Assembly (NCBI GenBank): GCA_036172245.1
Contig: JAYWIR010000026.1
Span: forward strand, 1,426,001 to 1,490,000
Reading direction: 5' to 3'
Length of the DNA: 64,000 nt
Origin: Raillietiella orientalis
Taxonomy: Eukaryota
This document shows positions 47,801 through 59,934 of this stretch, one piece after another (positions within the stretch are counted from its first letter, which is position 1; each line of letters begins with the position of its first letter). Both the position numbers and the translations under genes were made by a program. The notes below the pieces were generated by a model. It had not been told where the DNA came from. It did not search any database and saw only the letters and a program-made list of their open reading frames with translations.

Positions 47801-50800
47801 TGGGGTGGCCACCATGTTCGCGGCAGTCGCCAGCGGCCTGGTGAGCGCAGGCCTTCTGACCAGCAACATCGTAAAGAAGAGGTCAATCAACAAGAGGAAG
47901 CTGGTCGTCCAGGACCGCAGGGGCGGGCCGGGAGGAGGCGGCTGGCCTTCTTTCCCGGAGGGCGTCGTCCCGGGCCTTCCCTTGTACGCCCCTCCTCCCC
48001 AGCAAGCCGAGCCGTTCCCCCTCGAGAGGGTCGACGGCGCCCCCGATGGAGGGTCCCTGCCAGCCTACCTCGTGCCCCCGGGGCCTCCTCGTCGAAGCGC
48101 ACCGGATCACTGGGAAGAAGAGGAGACCCCGCACCCCGCGGGCCTGCTCTCTCCCCGGCAGTCCCTGGTCCCGGAAGAGGACCGCCCCCGGCAGACCGCA
48201 TACCAGGAGAGCTTCTTCGACCCGGCGGCTGAGCCTTTCCGCTTCCCCAGGTACCCCGAGGGCGGCGCCAGTCCTCCGGCGGCCGACTTCGGGGAGCAGC
48301 AGGAGACCATCCACTACGGAGACGGCCTGGCCGAGTCGCCTCTGGGCCCGCCCCCCAGGGTGTTCCTCCGCGAGAAGCCCCCGGCCTCGCATGGGGCTTT
48401 CCCCCCCGTGGCGGAGAGTAGGCTCGGGGAGAAGACGCCCGAGATCGTCGGAGGGTTCACCCCCTTTGTACCCGGCGGGCAGCCCCCACCGCCACCCCCT
48501 GCCGGGTGGCCCGTGGAGGGCAACGGCACCCGCGCGCAGTCCCCGTCGGAGACAGTCGACAGCCTGATGAGGTCTCCGGACTTCCCCGGTTTCCCGTACA
48601 CCTTCGACCCTTTCCTGGGGCCACGCCTGTCTCGGATCGACGCCATCTTCGCCCGCCTGAACTTGACCGACGAGGGCTGCCGGGAGCGCATGGTCTGCAG
48701 CGTCTACAGGAACCCACCGCTCTACTCCCCCATCAGCGAGATGCTGTCCCACCAGATCAGCGTGTGAGTGTCGCGGGCGCGCCAGATCAGGGAGCGGAGC
48801 GGGGGGGGGGAACCCTTGCGCACGCTCGTCCGCCGAAGAGTCCCGGCTGCGAAGGAGGGTCCTCAAGCGCCCTTCCTGCCGCCCGGTTGGCTGCGAGAGG
48901 CAGGGACAAAGGGCGTGCGGGATGCGCCCATTCTCTAAAGGGGGGGGGGGAGGAGGAGGAGGTGACGGAGGAGGAGGCGATGAACCCGCGGGCCAGTCGC
49001 GCCAAAGGGGCCATTGCCCGAGCGACCTTGCGGTGCCGCCTGTCGGCCCAACTGTTGCGAGTCTCGAGCGGCGGGGTCGACTCCTCGGCCGGTCCTGCCG
49101 CCGCAGCCGACCCTTCTCTCCGGTGGACGAGTGGGAAGGAGGGAGTCGACCTGGACGTTTTGGATGGCTCTGGGAAGAACCCTCGGGTCCTGGGAACTGC
49201 TCTACCACCCCTGCGGCAGCGGACGACCCTTCCCTACTGCGCCTCGAGGGGGTAGGAGGAGGGAGGGCTCTCCACGGACCTGAGATGGCAGCGAAGCGCT
49301 CCGGAACCGTGGTGGAGTGACTTCGCATTGCCCAGGGCAACCCGGGGCTGCTCGACCTCGCGGCGATCGCCGGTTTCACCGCTGGTTTTTTCGCGCTTGG
49401 CGGTGGCACTTCCTCCCGGCGGCGCTCTTCTTCGTCGGATGAGGCTTTCTGGAAGGATCGCGAGCGAACCTGCAAGGCATTCATCTCTTGGATGATCCAG
49501 GAAAAGGATCCAGCATCGGTCTAGGATCGTTCCCACGGCTGCCGACCTCTCTCGTAAAAGCGGAAACGCTCCGTTCCGGTTTCGTTTCGAGGTCGCGGCC
49601 GGCTCCTGACATCCTGCAGTAATCTTGGAAGCCATTCCAGGTTTCGTAACTCTCGATCCGACGGGATCGATCCATGCAACCACATTCCTCCGTTCCCTTC
49701 GCCTTCTGCTCCCGATTTCTTTTCCTGAGGCACCTGCTTCTCTGGACAGGTGGCCGAGGCAGCACCATCTGATAGGCCGTCTGCCAACTACTCATCCTCG
49801 GCACCTTCCCAAAGATGGTTCTCCCCTCTTGAGCGTCTCGCTGGGGAAACCCCGTCCTTTCCGGACGTTCCTTTGGTCCCGAGGGACCTCGTAAGCCGGA
49901 AGACATTTAAAAAAAAAAAAAAAACGCGAGTTCCTTCAGGGGTCAGCACGGGTCACCTTTCCCCGGAATTCTTTCTCTTCATTTCCGGAGGAGAAGCACG
50001 AGAGAAGGGTCTCAGTATTTGGCGTAATTGGTCGGGGGTGGGCCCGACTGCCCTCGACCGGTCGTTGGGAGCATTCCGCGGATCGCGGGCGAGTCAAGAC
50101 CGACATCCGGTAATTGCGGCAGGGCTCCCGAAAGCATCGCGGTCGCCCGTTTTTTCTCAGGGGTGCCAAGACGAGCGCAGAGGCGGAACCCGGGAGCAAA
50201 ATCGGGGATGCGAGCTGCTGGAATTCGGCCGGCGCGTAGGTTGCCTTGCGAACCGGAGCTCGGAATGCGTCATGCCGCTCGCGCGCAGCTTCCTGCGGAG
50301 AAACCCGGCGGCGGTGCGGGAGGAGAGCGGTGGCCCAGCGACGCGCCCTCTCTCCGGGCTGTTTCTTTCTCTTTTCTTTTGGAGGGGGTGGATCCGACTC
50401 TCGGAGAGGAAGGCTTCTCGGGAGCCCCCCCCGTTCTTCAAGGGGGCGGGAGGCGGCGTTCCTGCTGCGGGCGACTTGTCCGTCCCACATGCGTAAAGGA
50501 AACATGCAGTCGGCAGGGAGACGGCTCTTCCTGTGTCCGCCTCACCTCCAGCTGCATTCCATCCGAGTGCTGCGGTGACCCAGCTTTAGCAGCGGCGGCG
50601 GCAGGGGGTCGTCGCGGGGTGCGGGCGGGAAGAACACGGAAGCGGAAAGAAAGCCAGCAGCGCCCGCGGGACAATTCCACCGCGCCGATGGCCGCCATCT
50701 TCCCTGAGAAGCAGGCGCAGCCGCAGCAGCGTCTCCTCCATGTTTCGGAACCTTGCTCCGAGTTACCCGGAGAGGTCGCGCGCCGACGGTGATCGGGGAA

Positions 50801-51418
50801 GGCGCGACCTCTCCGGGTAACTCCAAACACCCGCTCGGAGATGCGCTCGAGAGACCTTTCCACGAGCGGCGTGCGGCGTGACCTACTGGCACGCCCCCCC
50901 CTTCCTCCAACGCGCGCGCGCTCGCGAGGTGCACTGAGCCTCGGCCACCTCCTCTCCAGGAAGTGCAGTCCGTCCGCCACCTCGTTCCCGAATCGGTATG
51001 GGAGGCGCAGATGCAACCGGGAGTGTGTGTGTGGGAGAGGGAGGGGGGAATGCGCGGCGGCTGCTTGGTTGCGGACTCCATCCTCCATCCACTCCGCCTC
51101 CCCCAGCTTCCGGCAGAAGCGGCGCGCGCGCACTCTGACGCCCGCTGTCGGCAGTGGGTTCTGACCGAGGGACGCCCTGCTGTTGTTTCCAGAAACGTGA
51201 AGGACCTGAGAGTCGCCTCCTTGAAGCACAACGAGGGGCAGAGATTCGTGCGGTACCTGCAGAGCGCGAAGGACGGGACGCTGGGCAAGGACTGCCAGAC
51301 CAAGTACAGCAGCTGCGACGTCAACACCGACAACATGGCCGCCTACCCCATGATCCACACCTACAACCAGATCAACAAGCTGATGCGCCTGGGCAAGATC
51401 GCCTCGACAGCCACGTGA
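44825..51418 (+). CDS. Secreted/membrane protein with C-terminal DM4/DM12-like Cys domain, 584 aa, 3 exons: 44825-45344, 47755-48763, 51193-51418
   Basis: Strong splice sites (c|gtaagt, ttccag|, gt|gtgagt, ttccag|) with matching phases 1 and 2, and high-GC3 codon use. It has a signal-peptide-like LLLAFAAALLAA, an RTGR motif, a hydrophobic segment followed by KKRS, a Pro-rich linker, and EGCRERMVC...YLQSAKDG..KDCQTKYSSC. AATAAA at ~51574. The gene model is firm; the family label is inferred. Confidence 0.82.
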
Positions 51419-51718
51419 CCTCCGAGCTACCCGCCGACGGCGTTTCTCCCGCACTACGCGCGGCCGGCTCTCGCCGCCGCCGCCGGCGCCGCGCCCACGG
51501 CCGCACTCGGTTCCTTCGTTTCGCTTTGTTCCCCTCCCCCCCTTCCTTCTACTTCTTCCTCCTCCTCGTGTCCAATAAATTCACCTGCGACTCCGGCGAG
51601 AGAGATCTCTTCCCAGAGGTTCCAGGAGACTGCATCCATCGACCAGCTCGCGAGCTTGCCTTTCCGCTTCCGTTCCACGTGAGCGCGGTGCAGGAACCTC
51701 TCTCGCGCGCCCAACTTG

Positions 51719-53450
51719 CTCTTGGAAACGGGCCGCGCTCCGCCCGCGTTCGCTGCGAAGGGTACGGGCGGGGAAAGGGAAGGGAAGGGGGGAGGGGAGA
51801 GAGGGAAGGAAGTTCCTTCGTGCTTTTCCTGCATGCACTCCCAACGGGCGCTCGCCCACTTCGCTTCGCTCCAGCTTCCCACCCTCACCCCCTCGTCCCA
51901 AAGTTCGGTAATCCCTCGCCGTGGCGGGGAGCCGAGACGCGAGCCGAACTTTCCTTCCGGAGATCGGAAGGGGCGACTTCTGCAATGGGGGGCGTCGCGC
52001 CAGCGCTGCACAGGAAGCGGTCAGCTTTGCGCCTGCGCACGCGCTCCTCCGGGACCTCCCCCTCGCGAAGCGCGGGGGGAGTTCGGCTGCCACCCGCGGA
52101 CGCGGCCCCGGGAGGAATTTCCCGTCCGGCCGTCACATCCGGAAAGTTCGACCGGAGGAGCAGCGGTATTTCTGGACGTATCCGGACAGTGGGTCGCCGA
52201 GCATCCGGTCGCGCGCACGCGCACACCGGACCTCGGGGTGTTGCGCGCGCCCAGTCGAAGCGATAAGGTGTGAGAGGACCTCGGCGGGCGGCGGCGCTGC
52301 CTCCTTGGCCCGGTGCAGCGCCCCAAGCCTTTCGCCCGATGGTCTTCACGAGATGCTCCGAGCGCGACTGCTCGCGCAAGCGGTGCCTCGCCAACGAGGG
52401 CGCGCGGGTTGTGCGCGCGCGCGGCAGGCGCGGGTCACGGAAGTCCCTCCCGACCACGCGTGCTCGGTCTCTGCGTGCGGGATTGAGGCTTCGCCGTCAG
52501 GGGTTGCACCCGAATTCCAGAGGCGATGGGAAAGGAGGAGGGGGGGGGGAGCGGCAGCCTATGCTGAGTGGACTGACCTAGAAGTCTGGTGGGACCTAGT
52601 TCTCTTCCCTGCCCCCCCCCCCCCCGGGAAACTCAGCATGGTGCGGGGGTGGAGTGGGTCCGGCAAAGGGTGTTTCCTACGAGGACGGCGCTGCTGTTCA
52701 TCCATGCTTCCCCGCGAGGAGTGCTGGCGGCCAGGGTCCCCGGGGGCACGGTGGAATTCCGAGAGAACCCGAGGCCTCGGGCGCTCTCGCGGAACATGGC
52801 AGGGGAAGGAGGAGGGTCTGCTCCAGCACTGCCGCGACACACATCTGGCGCTCCGTCTGGGTCACCGGCCACGATAATCGGCGCCCGCGGCTGCCATCGG
52901 GAAACGCAGTACCGTTCTTCCGAACAGCTTGTGGCCATGGCGATTGCACTCTCTGGATGGGGGCCACTCCGCCTTGCCCCTAAAGTCAGCTCCTGCCCGC
53001 GTCGGCGGCCGAGTGGCTGCGGTCTCCGCGCGTGCGGCATTCAGGCGTCGCGGGTTCGAATCCCGCTTCGGGAACGGATCGACGCCAAGAACGGGTCGTG
53101 TACTCTGAGTTTTGAGTCCCTCCCCCCGCTGGATGACGCTGCTTGGCCCACGGGCTTCTTCGGGTGCGGCACTGGTAGAAGCTGGGTGCCCCGTCGCCTG
53201 GCCGGGATTGGTTGTTGACTCTCTAGGATCCTTCTAGGAATCAAGGGGTCCTTCGGGGTTCCTTCCGGTTGCGAAAATGGGGCCGTAGCATGGAGCTGGA
53301 TGATGCCCCTCCCCCCTTCTGGAGGGGTTGCCTCTTGGAAACGGGCCGCGCTCCACCCGCGTTCTCTCACTCTCGCTGCGAAGGGTACGGACGGGGAAAG
53401 GGAAGGGAAGGGGGGAGGGGAGAGAGGGAGAGAGAGAGAGAAGGAAGTTC
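51719..53450 (+). repeat. Dispersed ~100-120-bp direct repeat (51719-51815 and 53332-53450)
   Basis: Both copies share CTCTTGGAAACGGGCCGCGCTCC.CCCGCGTTC...GCTGCGAAGGGTACGG.CGGGGAAAGGGAAGGG...AAGGAAGTTC. Confidence 0.8.
52995..53175 (+). mobile_element. tRNA-derived SINE-like element, copy 1
   Basis: A-box-like CGGCCGAGTGG and B-box GGGTTCGAATCCC (53052-53064) within a T-arm hairpin. A non-tRNA body follows that is shared with 58474-58648. Confidence 0.75.
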
Positions 53451-53591
53451 AAGGGTGTCAAGAAGAGCTCCGCTACTTTTAGGGCACGCGCTCCAGAGAA
53501 ACTGAGAAGCGTCCCTTCGTGGTTCTCTTCAGAGGAGGATGAAAGAGGGAGCAGCTCTCTTTCGGATTCCCTCCGGTGAAGAAATTCCAGG

Positions 53592-53959
53592 AGCGGATCC
53601 TTTCCGGGTTTCCTTCGGAGGGAGGAGAAACGAGGAACGGTCTCCACTAACCGGGGGATCCCTCCTCAGAGGACAAGGAAGAGGTTCCTTTCGTTGTTCC
53701 CTTCGGTGACAACCGGGGTCGACGGTTCCCTTCGGTGTTTCCCTGCCAAGCGTGAGAGGAAACGGACTCCTCCCTCCAGAGTCCTTCCTGGATCCATAGG
53801 GTGATCCCCTCCCGGGGGTAATCCCCTACAGCTTGAAAGGTGACACGCACCCTCGGCTAGAACGGACAGCCTTAAAGAGCTCAGTGGCCCCCTTTCCCCC
53901 CCTCCCTAAGGAGGCAAGCGGTTCTTCAGCTATTGGCGAACCGAAAAAACAAAAAAAAG
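53592..53959 (+). mobile_element. 3' end of a second non-LTR element family, copy 1 (A-rich tail)
   Basis: Highly similar to 59283-59623. It ends in a CGGTTC...GAACCG hairpin followed by AAAAAACAAAAAAAG. Confidence 0.75.
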
Positions 53960-56900
53960 ATGGAAGGAAAGCAGCGAAGGGCAGAAGAATCCGAAAAGAT
54001 TTCCACTATTCTAGGCGAATAGCTCCGATCTTACCGCGAGGTCGCTGAAGCCCTTTCCTCTTTTCCACGGGAGGTCGCTGCTGGAAAAAGAAGCTGCCCT
54101 TTCAAAAAGCGCAGTCAACTCCTGAAGCTCTCCTGAAATGCCGATCCGCTGCGGCCGCGCGATCCTTTTGCTGTCCGTGGCTGAGGTCCGCCCGAGGACG
54201 GACGGCGCCACGGCGTCTCCGACCGTTTGCCTTTGGATGGTGGTCTTTAAGAGGTCGGTTCGGGTGCTGGGCGAGGGGAGAACAACGCGCGCTTCCCGCC
54301 TCTCGCATGGGATGTCACGTCGCTGCGTCCGGGGAGCAGGGATCGGGGCTGCTGGTCACGCCAGGAGGGGAGGCGCGGCGCTCGAGGAACGCACGGAGGC
54401 GTGGGGTAAAGCGGAGGAGCGGCCCAGCTAATCGGAGGCACCAAAGGGATATTCCCGAGAGGAAAGATGTCGGATGGTCCCTGGACGGCCACGACTCGGT
54501 CCGAAGAACGCGCGGGCCGTCTCCCAGCGGCGAGGCGCGGAGAGCGGTGAACCCCTGCCCCCGAGAGAGAGAGAACTTCCGCGGTGCAGAAGGAAGAGGG
54601 GAGTCATCCTTTGTCCGGAAACGCAGAGGACTCCTTCGCGCTTCCTCAAAGTAGGAGTGGGGCGAAGGTCCTTCCCCCGACCCGGGGCGCATATCCCCAC
54701 TCGAGACTTGGGGACGGGATTCGCCTCCATCCTCCGGTTCCTGGAAACCTTCCGCCTTCCTTAAACGTCTTTGGTGTGTGCCGGGTTTCTGTCCAGAGAT
54801 CGTCCGGAGTGGTACCTAGGATCGAGCGGCGCCTTCTAACATCGCGACGGTTTCTTCCGGGATGTGGGATCTGGAACCTCGAAGTTGGGGCTCGCGGCCC
54901 TTCCTCCGCACTCCCGCCCATCCGGCAAACCCGACTGGAGAGAGAGAGAGTCCAGCATGGCTCCAGACGTAACCTCTCCCCCCTCTTCCTTTCTGGGCGT
55001 ACCGCTGGACGTTCGCTCTGCCCGCGTAGCCTTCGGGGTCACTCGACGAGAGGCGGGAGGAGGGCGGACGGACGCCGCGGGTCGGTGCTTTCCAGGCTGC
55101 GACATCTGGCGGCGGACTGCATCTCGGGAGAACGCGCGCGGGAGGCTCTTCGAGAGGAAGCGGCGAGGTTCACTGAGCGCGGGCGGCGTCATTTCCAGCG
55201 GCTATGGCCACGCGAGCGGCAGGAAAGCGGGGGCGCTCCGAATCGCAGCTGCGCCAATTGCGGCGCTGCCCCGCAACAGGAAACTGCGTAATGACGGATG
55301 ACTTAATAGAGACGTTAATGACTGAGAGAGGGGCCGCGCGCGCGGAGAGAGATGCGGCCAAGCCGCCACCGTAATAAAAACCGCAGCTGCAAGTGGAGTC
55401 GATGATGATGATCATGATCATGATCGCAGCGCCGCGAAAATAACGATCCTGGCTCTAAAAGCAGCCGTCATCCTGGAGCGGGGAGGATGGGCGATTCACG
55501 ACAGGAAGTAGGCGGCGGAAGGGAGGTGGAGGCAGCAGAGGCGGTGGGCGGGCGGCTGCGAGGAGGACCGCGGCGGTCCCGGGAGCGGCGACGGTCAGCC
55601 TCCTCTCCCTACGGGGGAAGACGCGCGGACCGGTGCGTCTCCGAGGCAACGGAGCAGCGTTCGAAACGGAAAGGTGGGAAGGGGGGGTCTCTGAGAAGCT
55701 CGGAAGGGCACAGCTTCACCCTGCCGGCGACTCGCTCAAGGCCGTCGGCCTCCACGTCCTCCTTTCCTCGGGGGAAGAAGGACGTGGCTTGCACGCTGCC
55801 CGAGCCAGTTCGTCCTCAAACGTCCCCTGGGGGAACAAAAACGGGGCACGCCCCGTTTCGGCGTCGTCTCGAAGGCGCGTGCTCTCGAAAGACCACCGGT
55901 CTTTGTGCCCCTCGAGGTCTCCTTTGCTGCCGGTGGAAGCCGCCGCCCCTCTTCCTGCTCGATGCCTTCAGCAAGCGCTCCTTCCGGGCGCGGACTCTCG
56001 CGTGACTCTTCGTCCTCCCCCTCCCGCGGAGGCGCAAAGAACCCTCGCGCGTCCCCCGGGAGGGTCACTCGAACGGAAAGGAAGCCACTGCCGTGGTGCC
56101 TCCTCGGGCGCGAAGATGGATCGCGACCCTACCCCCCTCCTCCCTTTGCCCCCTCCAGTCTTGCCTCGCTCCACCGGAGCAAACTGCTCGTAATGGAAGG
56201 AACCAGCTCGTCTGCGCCCCAGCTCCGATGGGATGCCTCCTGCTCCGGATTCCGACGCGACCCTGCAGTATTCTGCCTGAGGCGGTTTGTCGGCAGCACC
56301 CCGGCGTCGTCCTCGATCTTCTTAGAAGACCCCGAAAGTTCGCTCCTCCGGCCAGGAGGCGGCAGGGGTCGCAGATTTCCTTCCGTATTTCTTAGGTTTT
56401 CTGGGAGCAAGTCGGAGGGAGGACGAGTCGGAGATGGTCGCAGACGAAGACGAGCCGTGAAGGGGAAGACAGGGGAGGGTCCTCTCCCTGGGGAGCGCGA
56501 ACTTTCCTTCCAGGAGTGCCACGCGTGCGACATGCTTCTGGCAGCACCATCCGGAACCGGTCCTCTTTGCGGGAAACGTCCCGCCAGAGGGGACAGATCA
56601 CAGCTCAGGTCTCCGCTCACCCTGGTCGAACTCTTCAAGGCAGCGCTCCCGTGAGCTCGACAGGAATGCGTTCTTCAGAGGTTCCGCCATCTTCCGCTTT
56701 GGGTCTCGGCTGGAGTCAATAGCCGCAGCAGGTCTGGAGATGTTTGCGCGCAGGGAGGAAGACGCCGCCGCGTCGAGCGGTCCGGAGCGCGGTGTTTGCG
56801 TTCTCTGGACTCGAAGATATGCGAGAGCCGCTTTCGGACGGAAGCGGGTTCGAGAGGTTACCGCCGCGGCTGGGCGCGTCGCTCGAGAGCGTGCAGGCAG

Positions 56901-58049
56901 ACTGCAGCATCCTCGGATCCAGGGAAGGCCAACGAGTCAACAGAGAGGGGAGGGGAGGGGAGAGGGACACCTTCCACGTTGAGGGGGTGCAGGAAGGGAA
57001 AGCGGCGCTGGAGCGCAAGGAGACGCGCCACGCTTCTCGGACGCTCCCGTCGCACCAAGAGATCGCGACTTCCGCCGGAAGCAGCGCACGCCGAATGGAC
57101 CCCTTTCGAAAGACGCTTTAGGCTGGAGGGGAAGGAGGAGGATCCGTTCCAGCTGGAGAGGAGGGTGACCCGGGCGCTCTGATTCCCACGCACGGGTGCC
57201 TCCCGGAAAACCTCCCGGAAGTTCCCATCCCAGTCCCGTTTCGGAACGATGACAGGGGGAGGTTTTCCGATGCCACGGGATGCCTCCTGCCTTCGAACGA
57301 GCCCGCGTTGGCGGCCGTTCGGCCGCGGCGTCCCCGCGCGCGCGTGCGCCAACTGGCGTCGTGGGTTCGAATGAGCGGCCGGAAGGCAGTGACTGGGCGA
57401 TGCGAAGGTTCCGATTTCCCCCGGGAGATGACTCTGAGATGGCTACGCCGCTTCCTTCCGCGGAGTGGGTGCGCAGCGCGCGCACCCGCTCCCGCGGCTG
57501 CATCGCAGCCGCCGAGAGCGGGAGCACCCTTCGGCTTCACCCCTGTCCGCTTCGCGCGTACACCCCGGGTGCGCGGCAGTGGAACGGGATCGGCAGCACC
57601 CCACGTGGGGACATGGCCGAGCCGCTACGACGCCCCCCAGGGGGAGCGAAGCAAAGGTTTCTTCGATACCAGAGGAAGCAACAGCAAAAAGAGGAACGAA
57701 AGAGCCGGAAGGACGTAGGGAGCAGCCAAGATGAACCAGACTCCCACCCTCTCGTTTTTCCATGTCGCAGGAGCAGATCTGAACTCAGGACTCTTCCGCT
57801 CAACTGAGCTCTGAGGCTCCTTCTGGGGCGCGCTTTCGAAGCGACCTCCCGGGGTCGCGGTGACAGTTCGTCCACAGATCCCAAGCCCGAGTTCGCGTTC
57901 CCTGGTGCTCGAAGGCCTGAACCGAGCCGGCTCAAGAGCTCGCGCAGTCCGGTCCCAGCGATCGTTCCGGATGCGCGCGCGCGTCCCTGGAGGGTTAGCG
58001 TCGGCGAAGACACCGCGCAGGTGAGTCATCCAAGTTTCTTCCCTCTGCG

Positions 58050-58440
58050 ATGGTCACTGCGCCGCGCTTAGTGCCCTGTTATCCAGCTCGCTCCTCCGCC
58101 GGATCCGAGTCCAAGGAAACCGCTCTGATGCCTCCAGGTTCCTGTGGCTGTCGGCGGAAGCTCTTCCAGCCGATCCAGGAGCATGGTCACGGCAGTGCGA
58201 TGAGCGCCGTCGCAGCCACGGTTCGTGGTCCTGGATGATCAGGGACGCTTTGCACACGCGGCGGCTCGTCGCTCCAGAAAGTTCCGAAGGAACCTCGCGA
58301 ATCGCTTTCGTCATGAAGGACTGGGGCAAGTCTTCCTGCTTTCGGGTTTCTGGAAGGGAAGCTCAAGAACAGCTCTCTTCACCTCTAAAGGATTTTTCCT
58401 GGGAACTTTCACCCCTTCATGACCTGTGCAGGATCCCACC
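58050..58440 (+). mobile_element. Decayed LINE ORF2 C-terminal (zf-RVT-like) fragment
   Basis: AWSRQ...SWSWMIRDALHTRRLV resembles the W...W..l..aL.T motif that precedes the zf-RVT finger. Confidence 0.3.
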
Positions 58441-58473
58441 GGCGTTCATGCAGGAAGAGCGCGTTCTTCCGGG

Positions 58474-58648
58474 TCCCTCGCTGGTGGCCGCATGTCTGCG
58501 CTCTACGCGCGCGGCGCCAGACGTCGCGGGTTCGAATCCCGTCCGAGGAAGAATCGACGCCAAGAACGGTGTGTGCGCCCTGGGTTTTGAGTCCCTCCCC
58601 CCGCTGGATGACGCTGGTTGCTCTCGGTTGGCTTCTGGTGCGGCACTG
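58474..58648 (+). mobile_element. tRNA-derived SINE-like element, copy 2
   Basis: A TGGCCG A-box remnant, B-box GGGTTCGAATCCC (58528-58540) and CCTCG/CGAGG acceptor-like pairing. Its body (ATCGACGCCAAGAACGG...TTTTGAGTCCCTCCCCCCGCTGGATGACGCTG) is shared with copy 1. Confidence 0.75.
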
Positions 58649-58652
58649 ATTG

Positions 58653-59230
58653 ACACCCGGTCACTCCGGGGAGTTTGTTTATACAATAAACATCCATATC
58701 TGTGGCAGGACGATTGATCTTGCCACTTATAACTACGAGAAGGAACCTGCTGGGGGCTGAGACGCAGGTCAGCGGAGTTCGCCTCTGCAGCACAGGCGAA
58801 GACAAACAAAAAGAAAAACAAAGCAAAACAGAAAACACACAGTCGAAAAAAAAAAAGGAAGTATGCTGGTTCGGGAAGGGTTCGGGAAGTATGCTGGAGG
58901 GCGTTCCCTGCATCCTTGTAAGAATTCCGGCTAGTTCCTGTTTGAAGACTCCCAGATGGAGCCATCTTGACGCTATCCTCATGAAGGGGACAGCAAAATA
59001 ATGGCGTCCCTGTCGCTATGGTCTCCTCTGGCGTTGCTCCATGCAGCCGCCACAGTCCCACCGCGTGGGTAGCAATGTACTGCTAGGGGGGGATGCGGGC
59101 GGCGTGAGGGTGTTGTGCAAGAAGAGGCGCTTTCAAACGTCTCTGGAGTTGCCGCCGGGGGTTCCAACGGTCGCAGCAGGCAAAGCGTTCTCAAAGGGGT
59201 AGGAGGGCAACGCAGTCCCCTCGGCAGGGG
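58653..59230 (-). mobile_element. 5'-truncated, diverged copy (D) of the L1/Tx1-type LINE family
   Basis: It encodes RIASRWLHLGVFKQELAGILTRMQ and ..AAAWS.., and carries the same 3' UTR modules, ending CTCCCCGGAGTGACCGGGTG. Confidence 0.82.
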
Positions 59231-59282
59231 AGCCCCACTGGCCTGCGTGCCAGCTCCCAGCAGGCTCCTTTTCGTATTCATA

Positions 59283-59623
59283 AGCGGATCCTTTCCGGGT
59301 TTCCTTCGGAGGGAGGAGAAACGAGGAACAGCCTCCACTAACCGGGGGGTCCCTCCGCAGAGGACAAGGAAAAGGTTCCTATCGTTGTTCCCTTCGGTGA
59401 CAACCGGGGTCGACGGTTCCCTTCGGTGTTTCCCTGCCAAGCGTGAGAGGAAACGGACTCCTCCCTCCAGAGCCCTTCCTGGATCCATAGGGTGGTCCCC
59501 TCCCGGGGGTAACCCCTACAGCTTGAAAGATGACGCACCCTCGGCTAGAGTGGACAGCCTTAAAGAGCTCAGTGGCCCAGGCAAGCGGTTCTTCAGCACT
59601 TGGCGAACCAAAAAGAAAAAAGA
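59283..59623 (+). mobile_element. 3' end of the second non-LTR element family, copy 2
   Basis: Near-identical to 53592-53959. It ends in GGTTC...GAACC plus AAAAAGAAAAAAG. Confidence 0.75.
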
Positions 59624-59934
59624 GGTCCCTCCGGACGGAAGACGCCACCATCTTTTTTTTTTTGTTCTTTGGCTTGTCTATGTTGTGCGTGTACCCCATC
59701 AATCCGGAGATGCATGCGGCAAAGTGTTCTGGAAGATGTGTCGCGAAGATGGCCCCCAAAAAGCTTGGCGAAATTTCTCCGATGAATCCTGGAAGGCAGA
59801 ATGCGGTCGCACCGTCAAGAACCGTCATGGTCAGGCAAGAGGTTGGATCTTTGCACTCGCGCGCGTGGTTTTTTCCCTGAGCAGCAAGTGGCAACACTCG
59901 GACGAACTTAAGTACCATCTACCGGGTGCCATCT

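Noticed and set aside
43395..49484. Long ORFs 43395-44954 (-), 43821-45053 (+), 44365-45945 (-) and 47883-49484 (-)
   Set aside because: These are Arg/Pro/Gly/Ala-rich shadow frames caused by high GC and overlap with the real spliced gene. They contain no recognisable domains.
53000..53075. Functional tRNA genes at the two GGTTCGAATCC sites
   Set aside because: The D and anticodon arms are irregular and both continue into a shared non-tRNA body, so they are better explained as SINE heads.
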